Positions 11,501 through 19,500 of a stretch of DNA of 32,000 bases are shown here, piece by piece. The notes beneath the pieces are model-generated. The model saw only the letters and a list, made by a program, of their open reading frames with translations, searched no databases and had not been told where the DNA came from. A program made the position numbers and the translations under genes. Origin of the DNA: Candidatus Poseidoniaceae archaeon (GTDB taxonomy: Archaea; Thermoplasmatota; Poseidoniia; Poseidoniales; Poseidoniaceae); contig CALSTM010000001.1 in NCBI GenBank assembly GCA_943789275.1, positions 300,001-332,000 of the forward strand. The letters are read 5' to 3'. Position 1 is the stretch's first letter. The number at the start of each line of letters is the position of its first letter.

Positions 11501-14500
11501 ACTACATTGTCGTCGAGCAAGAAGATGTTGCAATGAGCAGTGCTTATGCAATTGCGACTTGGGTCAATGGAAGCATTCGTGTTGTTGATGGCGGTCTGTT
11601 CGTTGGAGATTACACCTACGAAGATTGGGCTTCTCAGGAAGAGAACTTCAAGTTGGAACAGAGTCAACCTGCTGCAGGACTTGACATCAGTTTCGTTGCC
11701 AACGAACTCGCTTTTTCAGCAACCGTTGAAACGAGTGGAAACTTCAGTGTGCGTTTGCCGAGTGGAAATACCTTCCACATGACAGCACAAAGTTTGGTTT
11801 CACAGATGTCAGCCGGTCAACTGATCGAACTCACTGGCGACGCAGAAAAGAATCTCGGCCTCATGTACCTCGAACCGACTGTATCGACAACGGGTCTTGT
11901 CTTCCTTTACGATAACTCAACTTTGTGGGATTCTTTAGCGCCAGGATATGCAGCACAGGAAGTCATTGCTACCGATTCGACAGGTCTTGAATGGAGAACA
12001 ACCATCGACGATCAAGGTGGATTCATTTTCGACCTCCAAGCAGGAGACTGGGACTTTACTGTCGATGACGCTCTTCTCAACTCAACCACTGTAACCGATT
12101 ACGCTATTCTCACAGACACAGGCGCAGTGCCTACTCTGATTGAATTGTTCGTCAACCCGGAGCATCTTTCCATTGAGCTCAACATCTTCATGGATTCGGG
12201 CGCAGATGGTATCTTTGCAAATGGGACGGGCGTCTCACCCGCATTCTCATTGGTTCCACTGAACAACCATGGTCAACAATACAACTTCACTGCAGACGAT
12301 TATACCTCCGCAGGTAACATCACCGTTGTTCTTGAACCTGGTCTTTACAGCATTGATTTCAATGCAACCGAAGCCACGGATGAAAATGCAACCGACTATT
12401 ACTTGATTGGTGAGTCGTTCTTTGAAACACTGGTTGTTGGAATTGAAGCATACGAAGACTCCGTCTCGTATGCGCTACGCAACGAATTCCTTGTGACAGG
12501 TGTTCTCACGAACTCCTCAGGCGATGGAGTCGAAAAGCAGTTCCTGCTGCGTAATGCAGCAGATGATTTGTGGCACAACATTGCCTCTGATGTGAACGGT
12601 AGTTTTGCCTCTTATGTCCCTGCGGGTGACTGGGTTGCAATTGTTGCACCGTTCTCTGCCTCGAACGACAGTATGGAGACCTACCGTGAAGCCTTCACTG
12701 TAAGTGACGATGCTTCAATGCGAACGGGTCTCAACTTCTCTTCCATCGAAGTGGTTACCGTGAACTTCCAAGTTCAGGAATTGTACACAGACTCGAACAT
12801 GAGTGATGTTCGTATTACGCTTGTCAGTCACGATGGATTTGGAAACGTTACGCTATCGAAATCTGATGTGAACGGTAATGTAAGCGAAACCATCATGCCT
12901 GGTACTTGGAGTATGTTCCTGAACCAAACAGAACCTCAACGCCAGTGGAGCCTCGACACTTTTGATGCCCCATTCTCAACCGAAGATGCTGTTGATGGTG
13001 TTCTCAATCTTGGTATTGTTTCACCAGTTCTCAATGTAGAAATTGGCGGAAAGGTCTTCTGGGACCTTGATGATAACGATCTACCCGGTGGCACTGAAGG
13101 CGTTTCAAACACTACGGTTACAATCCTTGGCCTCAACAACACCGAAGTCGATACCAATGTGTCCACCGATGAATTTGGTGTTTGGTCGTTGTTTGTTCCT
13201 ATTCAAGATGAATACCAAGTGACCGTCTCGAAGGAAGGTTTCAGCACAGAAGTTTACAATGTGTCCAACACCAGCGCTTACCCTGTTTATTCGTCACCTG
13301 AATCGTACGATATCGAGATGACTGCAGGAAACGTTACTGTTTCTGGTAACGTCACTGATATCAACGATGCTGAACGCTTGAACGGGTCCGTTGTGAAGTT
13401 GTTCCCAAGCTCGGGCATGGCTGGTGAACCGATTGTGGTTTCCTCTCAATACGCAAACGAACAATTGACATGGTCGTCGGATATTTCCCCAGGTGAATGG
13501 ATTGTTGTCGTTACCGAAGCAAACGCTGGCGAAAACGGCGGTGGAGTTGCGATCGGTCTTCTCGATGCAAGCATCTCAGATGGTGCTACACTTGATTTGG
13601 AAATGTCGCTTGGAGGTTGGCTTGACCTTACAACAACATGGACCGATATCCAACTTGATGAATACCATGCAGGTTCAGCCAGTAATGGTTCAATCTACAT
13701 GAACGAAACTGCAGTTGTAACGATTGCCATTGGTGAGGAACTCGAATGGGACTTGCCAGTTGGTGCTGATGGGACAATTAGCGTACTCATGCCTGCCTCA
13801 GAAGTCGAAATGGACTCATCGTTTATTACCATCCAGCACGATTTGGAACTGGAAATGGAATACATTGGTGGTGCAGTAACAACCATTGCTGAAGGACGCT
13901 CTCCAGTATCCCTATCCTACACTCGAAGCATCAATTCTGATACATCGATCGCTATGGTTGAAGGCAGCGCTGTGAACGCAACTGTTGACGGTGAATTGGC
14001 TTTCACCGCTGTTGAAGAAGGCGAAGGATACCAACATATTGAATTCGATCTCGAACTTAATTATGAAGGAACAGAAACCGTCCAAGTCTTCGATGTTCTC
14101 GGCCAAATTGTCGTTTCACCGGATGAAGCGGATTGGAAGATCGAGTTCAAGAACGGTTCAACCTATGAGGACGCATACCAAGTTTCCCTTGGAATCGGTA
14201 ACAGCAGCGAAGATACATCGGTTCAGTCTTCTGTAACCGTTGGCATTCGAATCACTGTGGCCAATCAGTCCACTGCTTGGCACCTTGAAGAGCCTCACAC
14301 ACTGAAGGTACGTATGCTTACTGACAACACGCCTTCGAGTGAAATCGCAGTTACGGTTCAAGTGCCACAAATCTATGACTTTGAAACTTCTGATGAAGAC
14401 GAGTCAATAGGAATTGGTGCAGGTGGTAACAGTATGTTTGGATTTGTTCTCGAAAACACCGGTAATGGTGATGATTCCTATACCGTTGAACTCTCGGATA

Positions 14501-15141
14501 ACATTCCTGAGGGATGGGAAATCACCCCAATGAGTTCAGTTATCACCATCGCTAAGGGAGATACACGCTCTCAGATGTTTACGGCATTTGCTCCTGAAGA
14601 CTTTGACTCGGGTTCAAAGGTAATCACCGTCATCATCACAAGTGAAGACGGAGTGAAAACGGATTCCTTCGATGTGGAAATCGTCACGGCTGATATCAAT
14701 CTCATGGTCGACCAGGGTGAGATCGCAACACTCTCGGATAACATTGCAAACAGAGCCGGAAAGTTGGTTATACCAATCAAGAACTCTGGCTTCTTGGGCA
14801 GTGACGATATCGTTGTTTCTGCGAGTATCCAAGGCGGCCGAAGCTTAGGTTCCCAAACAGTTTCGATTGAACCTGAGGGGACGACAAACGTCACATTCGA
14901 CTTGGAAGCATCCGATGCTGCAGGTACAGTTCGATACGATGTGCGTATTGAAATCGTGGGCGAGGACAGTGCTTTCACTGACAAAGCAGTTGATGAGTTC
15001 GATTTCAAAATTGAATACTACATCGATGAAACCAGTGATGAAAGCCCACTTTTCACGATTCTTATCGTCGTCCTTGGAGCCTTAGTTCTCTACGGTGGAG
15101 TTCGTATTTCACGACGAAGCAGCAAGGGCTCACGTTTCTGA
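5569..15141 (+). CDS. aglB: Giant AglB/STT3-type oligosaccharyltransferase fusion: extra polytopic N-domain, OST core, about 1,780-aa beta-sandwich ectodomain and a C-terminal TM anchor
   Basis: One ORF with no stop from 5512 (GTG) to 15141. ATG at 5569, with GAGG 9 nt upstream, is the likelier start. OST motifs are GSDPWYMKR (D codon 6814-6816), ADHDAF (7156-7164), GTVAEANAP (E codon 7789-7791, TIXE/SVSE type) and WWDYG (8449-8463) followed by SVSDNFQSG. Downstream there are CarboxypepD_reg-like stretches (ISGQVTMTDNGQALPGVRLLIERD) and a NEW3/CARDB-like stretch (FVLENTGNGDDSYTVELSDNIPEGWEI). The terminal TM is LFTILIVVLGALVLYGG, followed by RISRRSSKGSRF. Confidence 0.9.
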   Translation: MEQITGTKTTAPAAPLGWLIAPLAVLLALAAIKLVDIDFELTTDNLAPMLIVGVAGILGLVPSMLNQSESASVSKATLSLSTLAVALIGAEAIYLSDYGAFSGLLFAFVTFGVHFMSSRGRHEIGTIIVFIAMGINVGMVVASDALSADSARLLPDIFNLAPEGEQPSLVSTLNLRNQAIGYLFFSSLTIFAIVGTLVATLTRGILTPVGESGWFSFLNDDSSSAFNKNNLPLQIALVVWALAHIGSLWNFETAGMADKLAITTAADYHGVVGYWQAFFTGMVALIVAGMFSERWHTRAMTLGSLWTLYVVSTWFDAGMVSLDLLEGNWGSLIWLGLTFFIGVAIYSISTHETWGGWVNRDDHEYSGARQFWNQHWSSVMIGLAFFFGLVIRTQWYVVPSMNAFGTGNWDMTGGSDPWYMKRVVDYILANNAHLIFDADRFYPVGGINPRPPIFTWSIAVVATLLEPFFNNGDAVWWAILSLPAVYGTLTILPVAYIAREHINEKAAVVAAWLIAFMPAHVSHTTWALADHDAFIMLFITLGFMFWLRAVKYAGSERLMRTSSPSLLSFIAAFKAVAQERRAAFSAAVLAGVSFGIVSLGWKGFVVGPSILFLAYAAQVALNMFRRRDSTTLNVLFLTMLAVNFLMALPFYGHPQIDLILNGTGLQPFLFIAVFAIAISFVTTGFRDKPWLLVLGVLAGAGTVFFIVLWLLKEANISNAWDVLFTGSGYFTKTKIFGTVAEANAPNRGQLFAQFGPITFVLSLIMGVLCLWSALRERKQTKLVFGVWIIAASFMAWTAARFMFNATPAIAVLGAWGIVSLWKWANWEGMVKAWKKMGIRSPEDRIRGARKALWRTPSFSAIMLVMIMLFGQQFTYGLDAAIPSSNNAEDDLDETIYNLIPDAFRWEIGGFSLLDDSNYDGNWYLGSFGSGFNDNGWNSAYEWLAEQDQEMAYSERPAFVSWWDYGFQALDTGEHPSVSDNFQSGIPATGNMLLARSQEDLVSMFIFQLGQGDLSYNEANAGDREFTNGYQNIVDSYLTAEQMDLFEKITLSVDIDEMVSFTKLNSYEVYRTNDDTVLARGYHQTDGVFDDSAQYWRVYDEGERLLCTDSLSTTCVDGDWSSEAEAENTFSNNIRTGNDNIDGVTHYIIGDYWYTADLVEEYGSVSTQIHRRNAQLALTVQLLSNSLDSDDITDMYDDLINMEGYYKVQDYEGAPGETIERDHEIRYYAIDNRLYPRAGRYTADMNYNQGQPMGIFGAPTILSGQDVSTYMDEVYETIRGDFPDEMTRAEVDEAITQDFLNQQSGADIDPLQVEDVRVDHNSAFFDTMLARAYVGYGASTLGVDAGSSNPQPAQHFGQSGSPGSILSQGLPLPGAMTNHFVIANWYSPEANSSVTAEEQQVGISSTNTLVKILKYYSGAEISGQVTMTDNGQALPGVRLLIERDAFSGEGTEDLDPDTYWVPIGYTDADENGHWSFDAPAGRIRVSAYAGDYNPTTAQDNIRSGAFSQGLGDILTETNEDRQINDISAILGEVANMSWLGENQQNITAEQADSNAPVSADFDISVESSGISGQVTWSGHESFDGDALVSTDFVLRNIWSLTENYTLTTTNGSFTSTDSRILQGSGEVTFTENGTFESEGVAFADGFTGTFTRSIGDKRVYTSNGTWDGKGTLVASWVAEDNVMDCLDNETAPMPENSTICVLDATTSPLTYLLDGGVEANGRLTSDGVSTLVTEHVGDSFEATGSFEGIGTLNGTGLFIGIGDFSGEMVQPGSFYLTGLIPGVYNMIAQLDNGKEVLLPDPVNVGISPSYDLAMSMPGSIFEDTLQDFYEEAFANEVIELVDVDIGMDSLVEIHTDEDGNFSYGPLATGEYFYRVDVDNDGWYELNETIFARGESENFSLAMDVPEMYDVSLQLTSPVDPQTQTPYADVAERTVTFTNDDPQLAPLNATSDETGMVYIELPMGAYTISDESGDDYILFDYIVVEQEDVAMSSAYAIATWVNGSIRVVDGGLFVGDYTYEDWASQEENFKLEQSQPAAGLDISFVANELAFSATVETSGNFSVRLPSGNTFHMTAQSLVSQMSAGQLIELTGDAEKNLGLMYLEPTVSTTGLVFLYDNSTLWDSLAPGYAAQEVIATDSTGLEWRTTIDDQGGFIFDLQAGDWDFTVDDALLNSTTVTDYAILTDTGAVPTLIELFVNPEHLSIELNIFMDSGADGIFANGTGVSPAFSLVPLNNHGQQYNFTADDYTSAGNITVVLEPGLYSIDFNATEATDENATDYYLIGESFFETLVVGIEAYEDSVSYALRNEFLVTGVLTNSSGDGVEKQFLLRNAADDLWHNIASDVNGSFASYVPAGDWVAIVAPFSASNDSMETYREAFTVSDDASMRTGLNFSSIEVVTVNFQVQELYTDSNMSDVRITLVSHDGFGNVTLSKSDVNGNVSETIMPGTWSMFLNQTEPQRQWSLDTFDAPFSTEDAVDGVLNLGIVSPVLNVEIGGKVFWDLDDNDLPGGTEGVSNTTVTILGLNNTEVDTNVSTDEFGVWSLFVPIQDEYQVTVSKEGFSTEVYNVSNTSAYPVYSSPESYDIEMTAGNVTVSGNVTDINDAERLNGSVVKLFPSSGMAGEPIVVSSQYANEQLTWSSDISPGEWIVVVTEANAGENGGGVAIGLLDASISDGATLDLEMSLGGWLDLTTTWTDIQLDEYHAGSASNGSIYMNETAVVTIAIGEELEWDLPVGADGTISVLMPASEVEMDSSFITIQHDLELEMEYIGGAVTTIAEGRSPVSLSYTRSINSDTSIAMVEGSAVNATVDGELAFTAVEEGEGYQHIEFDLELNYEGTETVQVFDVLGQIVVSPDEADWKIEFKNGSTYEDAYQVSLGIGNSSEDTSVQSSVTVGIRITVANQSTAWHLEEPHTLKVRMLTDNTPSSEIAVTVQVPQIYDFETSDEDESIGIGAGGNSMFGFVLENTGNGDDSYTVELSDNIPEGWEITPMSSVITIAKGDTRSQMFTAFAPEDFDSGSKVITVIITSEDGVKTDSFDVEIVTADINLMVDQGEIATLSDNIANRAGKLVIPIKNSGFLGSDDIVVSASIQGGRSLGSQTVSIEPEGTTNVTFDLEASDAAGTVRYDVRIEIVGEDSAFTDKAVDEFDFKIEYYIDETSDESPLFTILIVVLGALVLYGGVRISRRSSKGSRF

Positions 15142-15154
15142 TTTTAGACAACCC

Positions 15155-15161
15155 ATTATAT
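15155..15161 (+). promoter_or_regulatory. Candidate TATA box for the subtilase gene
   Basis: ATTATAT is centred about 41 nt upstream of ATG 15199. That would leave a short leader containing GGGGG (15187-15191, 7 nt before the ATG). The aglB stop is followed directly by TTTT (15142-15145), an archaeal-style oligo-T tract. This rests on sequence pattern only. Confidence 0.25.
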
Positions 15162-15198
15162 CCAGAGTTCGGAATGAACTCTCATAGGGGGCGTAGCA

Positions 15199-16419
15199 AT
15201 GGAAGGACTTGACGGCGTTGAATTTCTCCCTGAACCGGATGATTCACGAATCCTTTCGGTGATTGATTCATCTGCTGTGGGCTTTCAAGACAATTGGAGG
15301 TCAGAGGTTACCGGTTGGGCTCCAATGCAAGCGGTGCCAATTCCTCGCATGCGTCGCCGTAAGATACTCGTAACCAACGGTATTGTATTTTCAGTATTGG
15401 TTATTGTTATGCTCTACGTGTGGAACTCCGGGTTACTTTTCCTTGAAATACCACCACCCAAATCGGAATGGGCGGTGGAACAATCACAATTTGATGACTT
15501 ATCAGAAATGGGATTAACAGGGGAAGGTGTTCGAGTTTGTATGGTTGATACCGGTATTGATTTGAGTAATCCAGCTTTTTCGAATCTCCAAGTTACGTTC
15601 AAAGACATGATTGGGAACTCCAATGCTCCAGTCGATTACGGTTTTATTGCTCACGGAACGCTCATGGCCGGTATACTCGTTTCAAACAACCACCAAATTG
15701 GTGTGGCTCCAGGAGTTGAACTCGCCATGGTGGCTGCCTTGGGCGCTGATGAAGATGATCTGAACAGCGGTTCGGAGGATACTGTGGCACGATCAATTCG
15801 TTGGTGTCAAGACGAGTATCAAGCAGACATTATCTCCCTCTCGCTTGGAGGCGAACAAAACGTCGAAATGCATACAGAAGGGAGCAGCGTTTCTGCAGTC
15901 CGAAGGGCAGTTGACTCTGGCATCTTTGTAGTGGCTGCTGCGGGAAACGACGGTGGTAGTGCCGATGACGGTTTGGTGTCTGTGCCGGGTAATGTGCCAC
16001 GAGTCATCACAGTCGGGGCATCAACCGAGTCGCAGCAAGTTTGGGCAAACTCATCAGCCGGCTCTCAAACACTCCCTAACGACGACTTGCGTCAACATCC
16101 ACACATGAAGCCGGAAGTCATTGCCCCGGGTCAAAACATCATCAGTACTGGTATTGGAGATACATGGTTCTCGAGCAGCGGAACATCCGATTCTACGGTA
16201 TTTGTTACCGGCGCTCTCTCACTTCTCCTTGAAGCGTTTCCCGAATACAAGGCATCATCAAATTCAGACGGCACATGCATTGATGCGGTCAAAAATGCGC
16301 TGATGAATTCTGCTCTCAAATACGATGATTCGTCAATCCATGATGACCGATGGGGCTACGGTCAACTGCAGGCTATGGCGTGGTATTCTTCACTTGAATC
16401 GCAATCACCTACGTGCTGA
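15199..16419 (+). CDS. Membrane-anchored subtilisin-like serine protease (peptidase S8)
   Basis: The catalytic triad is in canonical order and context: VCMVDTGID (D codon 15547-15549), HGTLMAGIL (H codon 15652-15654) and SGTSDSTVFVTGALSLL (S codon 16186-16188). The oxyanion Asn lies in VAAAGNDGG. A single N-terminal TM (ILVTNGIVFSVLVIVMLYVW) follows an RMRRRK patch. Confidence 0.9.
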   Translation: MEGLDGVEFLPEPDDSRILSVIDSSAVGFQDNWRSEVTGWAPMQAVPIPRMRRRKILVTNGIVFSVLVIVMLYVWNSGLLFLEIPPPKSEWAVEQSQFDDLSEMGLTGEGVRVCMVDTGIDLSNPAFSNLQVTFKDMIGNSNAPVDYGFIAHGTLMAGILVSNNHQIGVAPGVELAMVAALGADEDDLNSGSEDTVARSIRWCQDEYQADIISLSLGGEQNVEMHTEGSSVSAVRRAVDSGIFVVAAAGNDGGSADDGLVSVPGNVPRVITVGASTESQQVWANSSAGSQTLPNDDLRQHPHMKPEVIAPGQNIISTGIGDTWFSSSGTSDSTVFVTGALSLLLEAFPEYKASSNSDGTCIDAVKNALMNSALKYDDSSIHDDRWGYGQLQAMAWYSSLESQSPTC

Positions 16420-16474
16420 TCTTGGATGCAAAAGCACGACACAACGGCATTGGCGGAGCCATTGCTCTTTGAAA

Positions 16475-16522
16475 ATATGATACTCTTAGGTGGGATATGA
16501 TATTTTAGTATGGGATATGATG
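16475..16522 (+). repeat. Three 20-bp-phased copies of ATATGAT(A/G) (two extend to TGGGATATGAT) in the AT-rich region upstream of the beta-helix gene
   Basis: atatgata occurs at 16475-16482 and 16495-16502, and atatgatg at 16515-16522. The longer repeat tgggatatgat occurs at 16491-16501 and 16511-21. Related atgatac copies lie at 16520-16526 and 16539-16545. The last phased copy is about 31-38 nt upstream of ATG 16553. Confidence 0.5.
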
Positions 16523-16552
16523 ATACTTTCGTTGTTGAATGATACATTAAAA

Positions 16553-19500
16553 ATGTCGACAGAGGCGCAGTATTATATTCGTGATAAGAATAGCAACGGA
16601 ACAGAGGCGTCTATTTTGAAGAACACTACATCTCACAAAAGCATATCGTTGGTTGCACTCCTTTTGCTCTCAACATTAACCGGTTTGATCGCTATTCCCA
16701 CTGCATCTGCCGTAAACGAAACGAAGTCAGGAATAATTACCGGAACTGAAACTTGGACCGGTACGATGAATCTTAACGGGGACGTCGTCGTTGCTGAAGG
16801 TGCTCAACTCATCGTCAATGCGGGAACCGTAATCAACATTCCTTACGGATATTACATCGACGTCGAGGGTGCAATTTGTATCGGTGACAGTGCATGCGGT
16901 GCAAGTTCAGGTTCATCTGGTAATCAGGCTCGCTTTGTCTGGTCTACACCTACTGACTATACTGCTCAAGGACGGTGTTACTCGAACAACACCAACAACC
17001 CAAACTACAACGCTGATACTGCTTGCGGCTCTGGAATGATTATTCGTTCAACCATTGACCAAGCAATCACTTCAATCAAGTTCGCTCATTTTGAGAATGC
17101 ATACGGCCACCCCTTTGAGACAAATCAAGTAAGTGGGAAACAATACGGCGCTCTTGTTTTCGATGGCTCGACGACAAACGCACAAGGACTCTCTTTTCAG
17201 AACATCAACACCTCCAATATTATGGCCATAGACCTTGCAGCACCAACAATTTCTGATTCTACCTTTACCTTGGGTGTTGACGGTAATGGATTCGATGCCG
17301 CAGCTGTCCGTGCTTACGGAGCAGGTGCTGGAATATTGGCAACAATGGAAGTATCGAATTCAGTGTTCACCGGGAACACGGAAGCGGAATGTGGAAACGA
17401 CGGTCGAAGTCTGGTCTACATTGAGAGTTCATATGTGGACTTTTCGAACCTTGATATTAAGGATAATTCGTATGGATTCTTTATGAAAGAAAGTTCCGGC
17501 TCCATTACAGACAGTACGATCAACGTCAAATGCAGCGGCATTGATACAAACTCACACAAGGTCACCGGCACGATTAACCACACCTTGACAATCAGCGATA
17601 ACACCATTACGACCGCAGATGGTTCCGGAATTACTGCTTACGACGGTGCGATTGTCGTTGCAGAACGTAATACGATATCGGGTGCAGCGGAGGGTTCCGG
17701 ATTTGGTATCCGTTCATCCACCGTTACGGCCAACAGCAACATTATTGGTCCAATTGGCGGTTGGAATGGTCTATGGATCTACGGTACATCCGATGTTGTT
17801 GCTGAAAACAATACCATCCAAGATACGGCAAAAGAAGCTGTTCTCATCGGAGAATACCACTATCTTGACCAAGGATGGAATGTTCCAACACCTACTGCAG
17901 CACGACTTTATTTGGCGAACAATCAGATTTCAAACAACACCGGTACATGCAACTCTCAAATGTACGGCGGTGACTTCCCATGTCCTGCAATTCATGTGTT
18001 CATGTCCTCAGCAACGCTCTACGATAACACAGTAACGAACAACGGCGGAGATGGAATGCGCATCAAGGCAAGTATCGTGAACGCTCAACGAAACACAATA
18101 GAAGTTTCAGGCTTTGCCGCAAACGTCTCGCTGTTCGACGATAACTACGGAAACAAGTACGGCTCAATCGCTTACTTCTCCGAAAACACATACACCAACG
18201 CCACTCAGGTCTACAACATTACCGAATCGCGTGTCACTGTACAGTCGGAATTCATCCCAGACGCAGGCGGTAACGAACTGTATCCAGTTCAATTGCGCTG
18301 GCTCGGCCCAGAATGCCCATACGTCCTCGACGAGTGTTTGCAGGTTCCTCCCACCGCCATCATGCCACCAGCGTTCATGCCATTGGCTCTTGAGGTCGTT
18401 GAAAACTCGACCGTATTCTCCTATGCGGACTTACAGAACTTCGATTCATCGAAGATTCATGTTCAGAACCAAAACTCTGCATGGGGCAGTCAAGTTCGAG
18501 AAGGTGAACTTGTCCGATATCAGGTGAAGGCTCAGAACAGCAATGTGGTGGACGCAACCGTCATCATACGTGATGCAACTGGATTGCCGCTCTACTCCCT
18601 CACAACCGATGCCTTTGGTTTCACGCCAGAAGTTTCACTTCCATCCGACTTTTTGCTTGACCGTAACTGGAACCATAATGTTGGTGAGACCAACGTTCAA
18701 ATCCCTGGTGAATTAGATGCACAAGGAAATCCAGTCTTTATTGATGAAAACTCATGTGCTGATGGATACGATAACGACGGCGACACCAAGGTCGACTCGG
18801 ATGACGCTGACTGTACCGGTGGCCGTGAACTTCCGTTCTACACCGTTGAAGCCTACAAGTTCGGTAAGGGTCAGAAAGATTTCAACTTCGTCCTCAGCGG
18901 CGGAATTGATGATGTCATCAATCTTGTGAACATGAAGCCGAGTGTTACCGTAACTCAAAATGATGGATTCTCGTTTGCTACAACTGCTTCGCTAAGCGGT
19001 AGTTCTTGGGATGGAATCTCAGGTCCATACGCTTTGGACCAAATTGCCTATGAGAACCAATTTGGTCTCATCAAGCGTGTAGAAGTTCAACCACCTGGTT
19101 CGACGGATTGGTATTCAGCAATCGATACCTCGGGAGCGAACGGTATGATCTCCAAATCGGTGCATCCGTTCAAGACATGGTCCTTTGAATGGGACTTGTC
19201 CGCTCACCCTGAAGGTGAAGGTGATGTCACATTCCGAGTTCGCTCTTACGACGGTCTGGATTACTCACCGGTTGAAGTTCGAAAGTACAAGTTGAACTTA
19301 GTTGCTCCAACAATGCTCGTCAATTCGCCTGCAGACGGTTCGTCTCATACCACCGGTAAAGTGACTTTTGCCGGTACTGCAAGCGACCCTTACACCGGTA
19401 CATGGGGCAGTGACATTCAATCGATATGGTTTGACATCAACGGTCCAAACGGCTACACCGCGAACTTCGAGGTTTCCGGCTCCACTGCATGGGCTTACGA

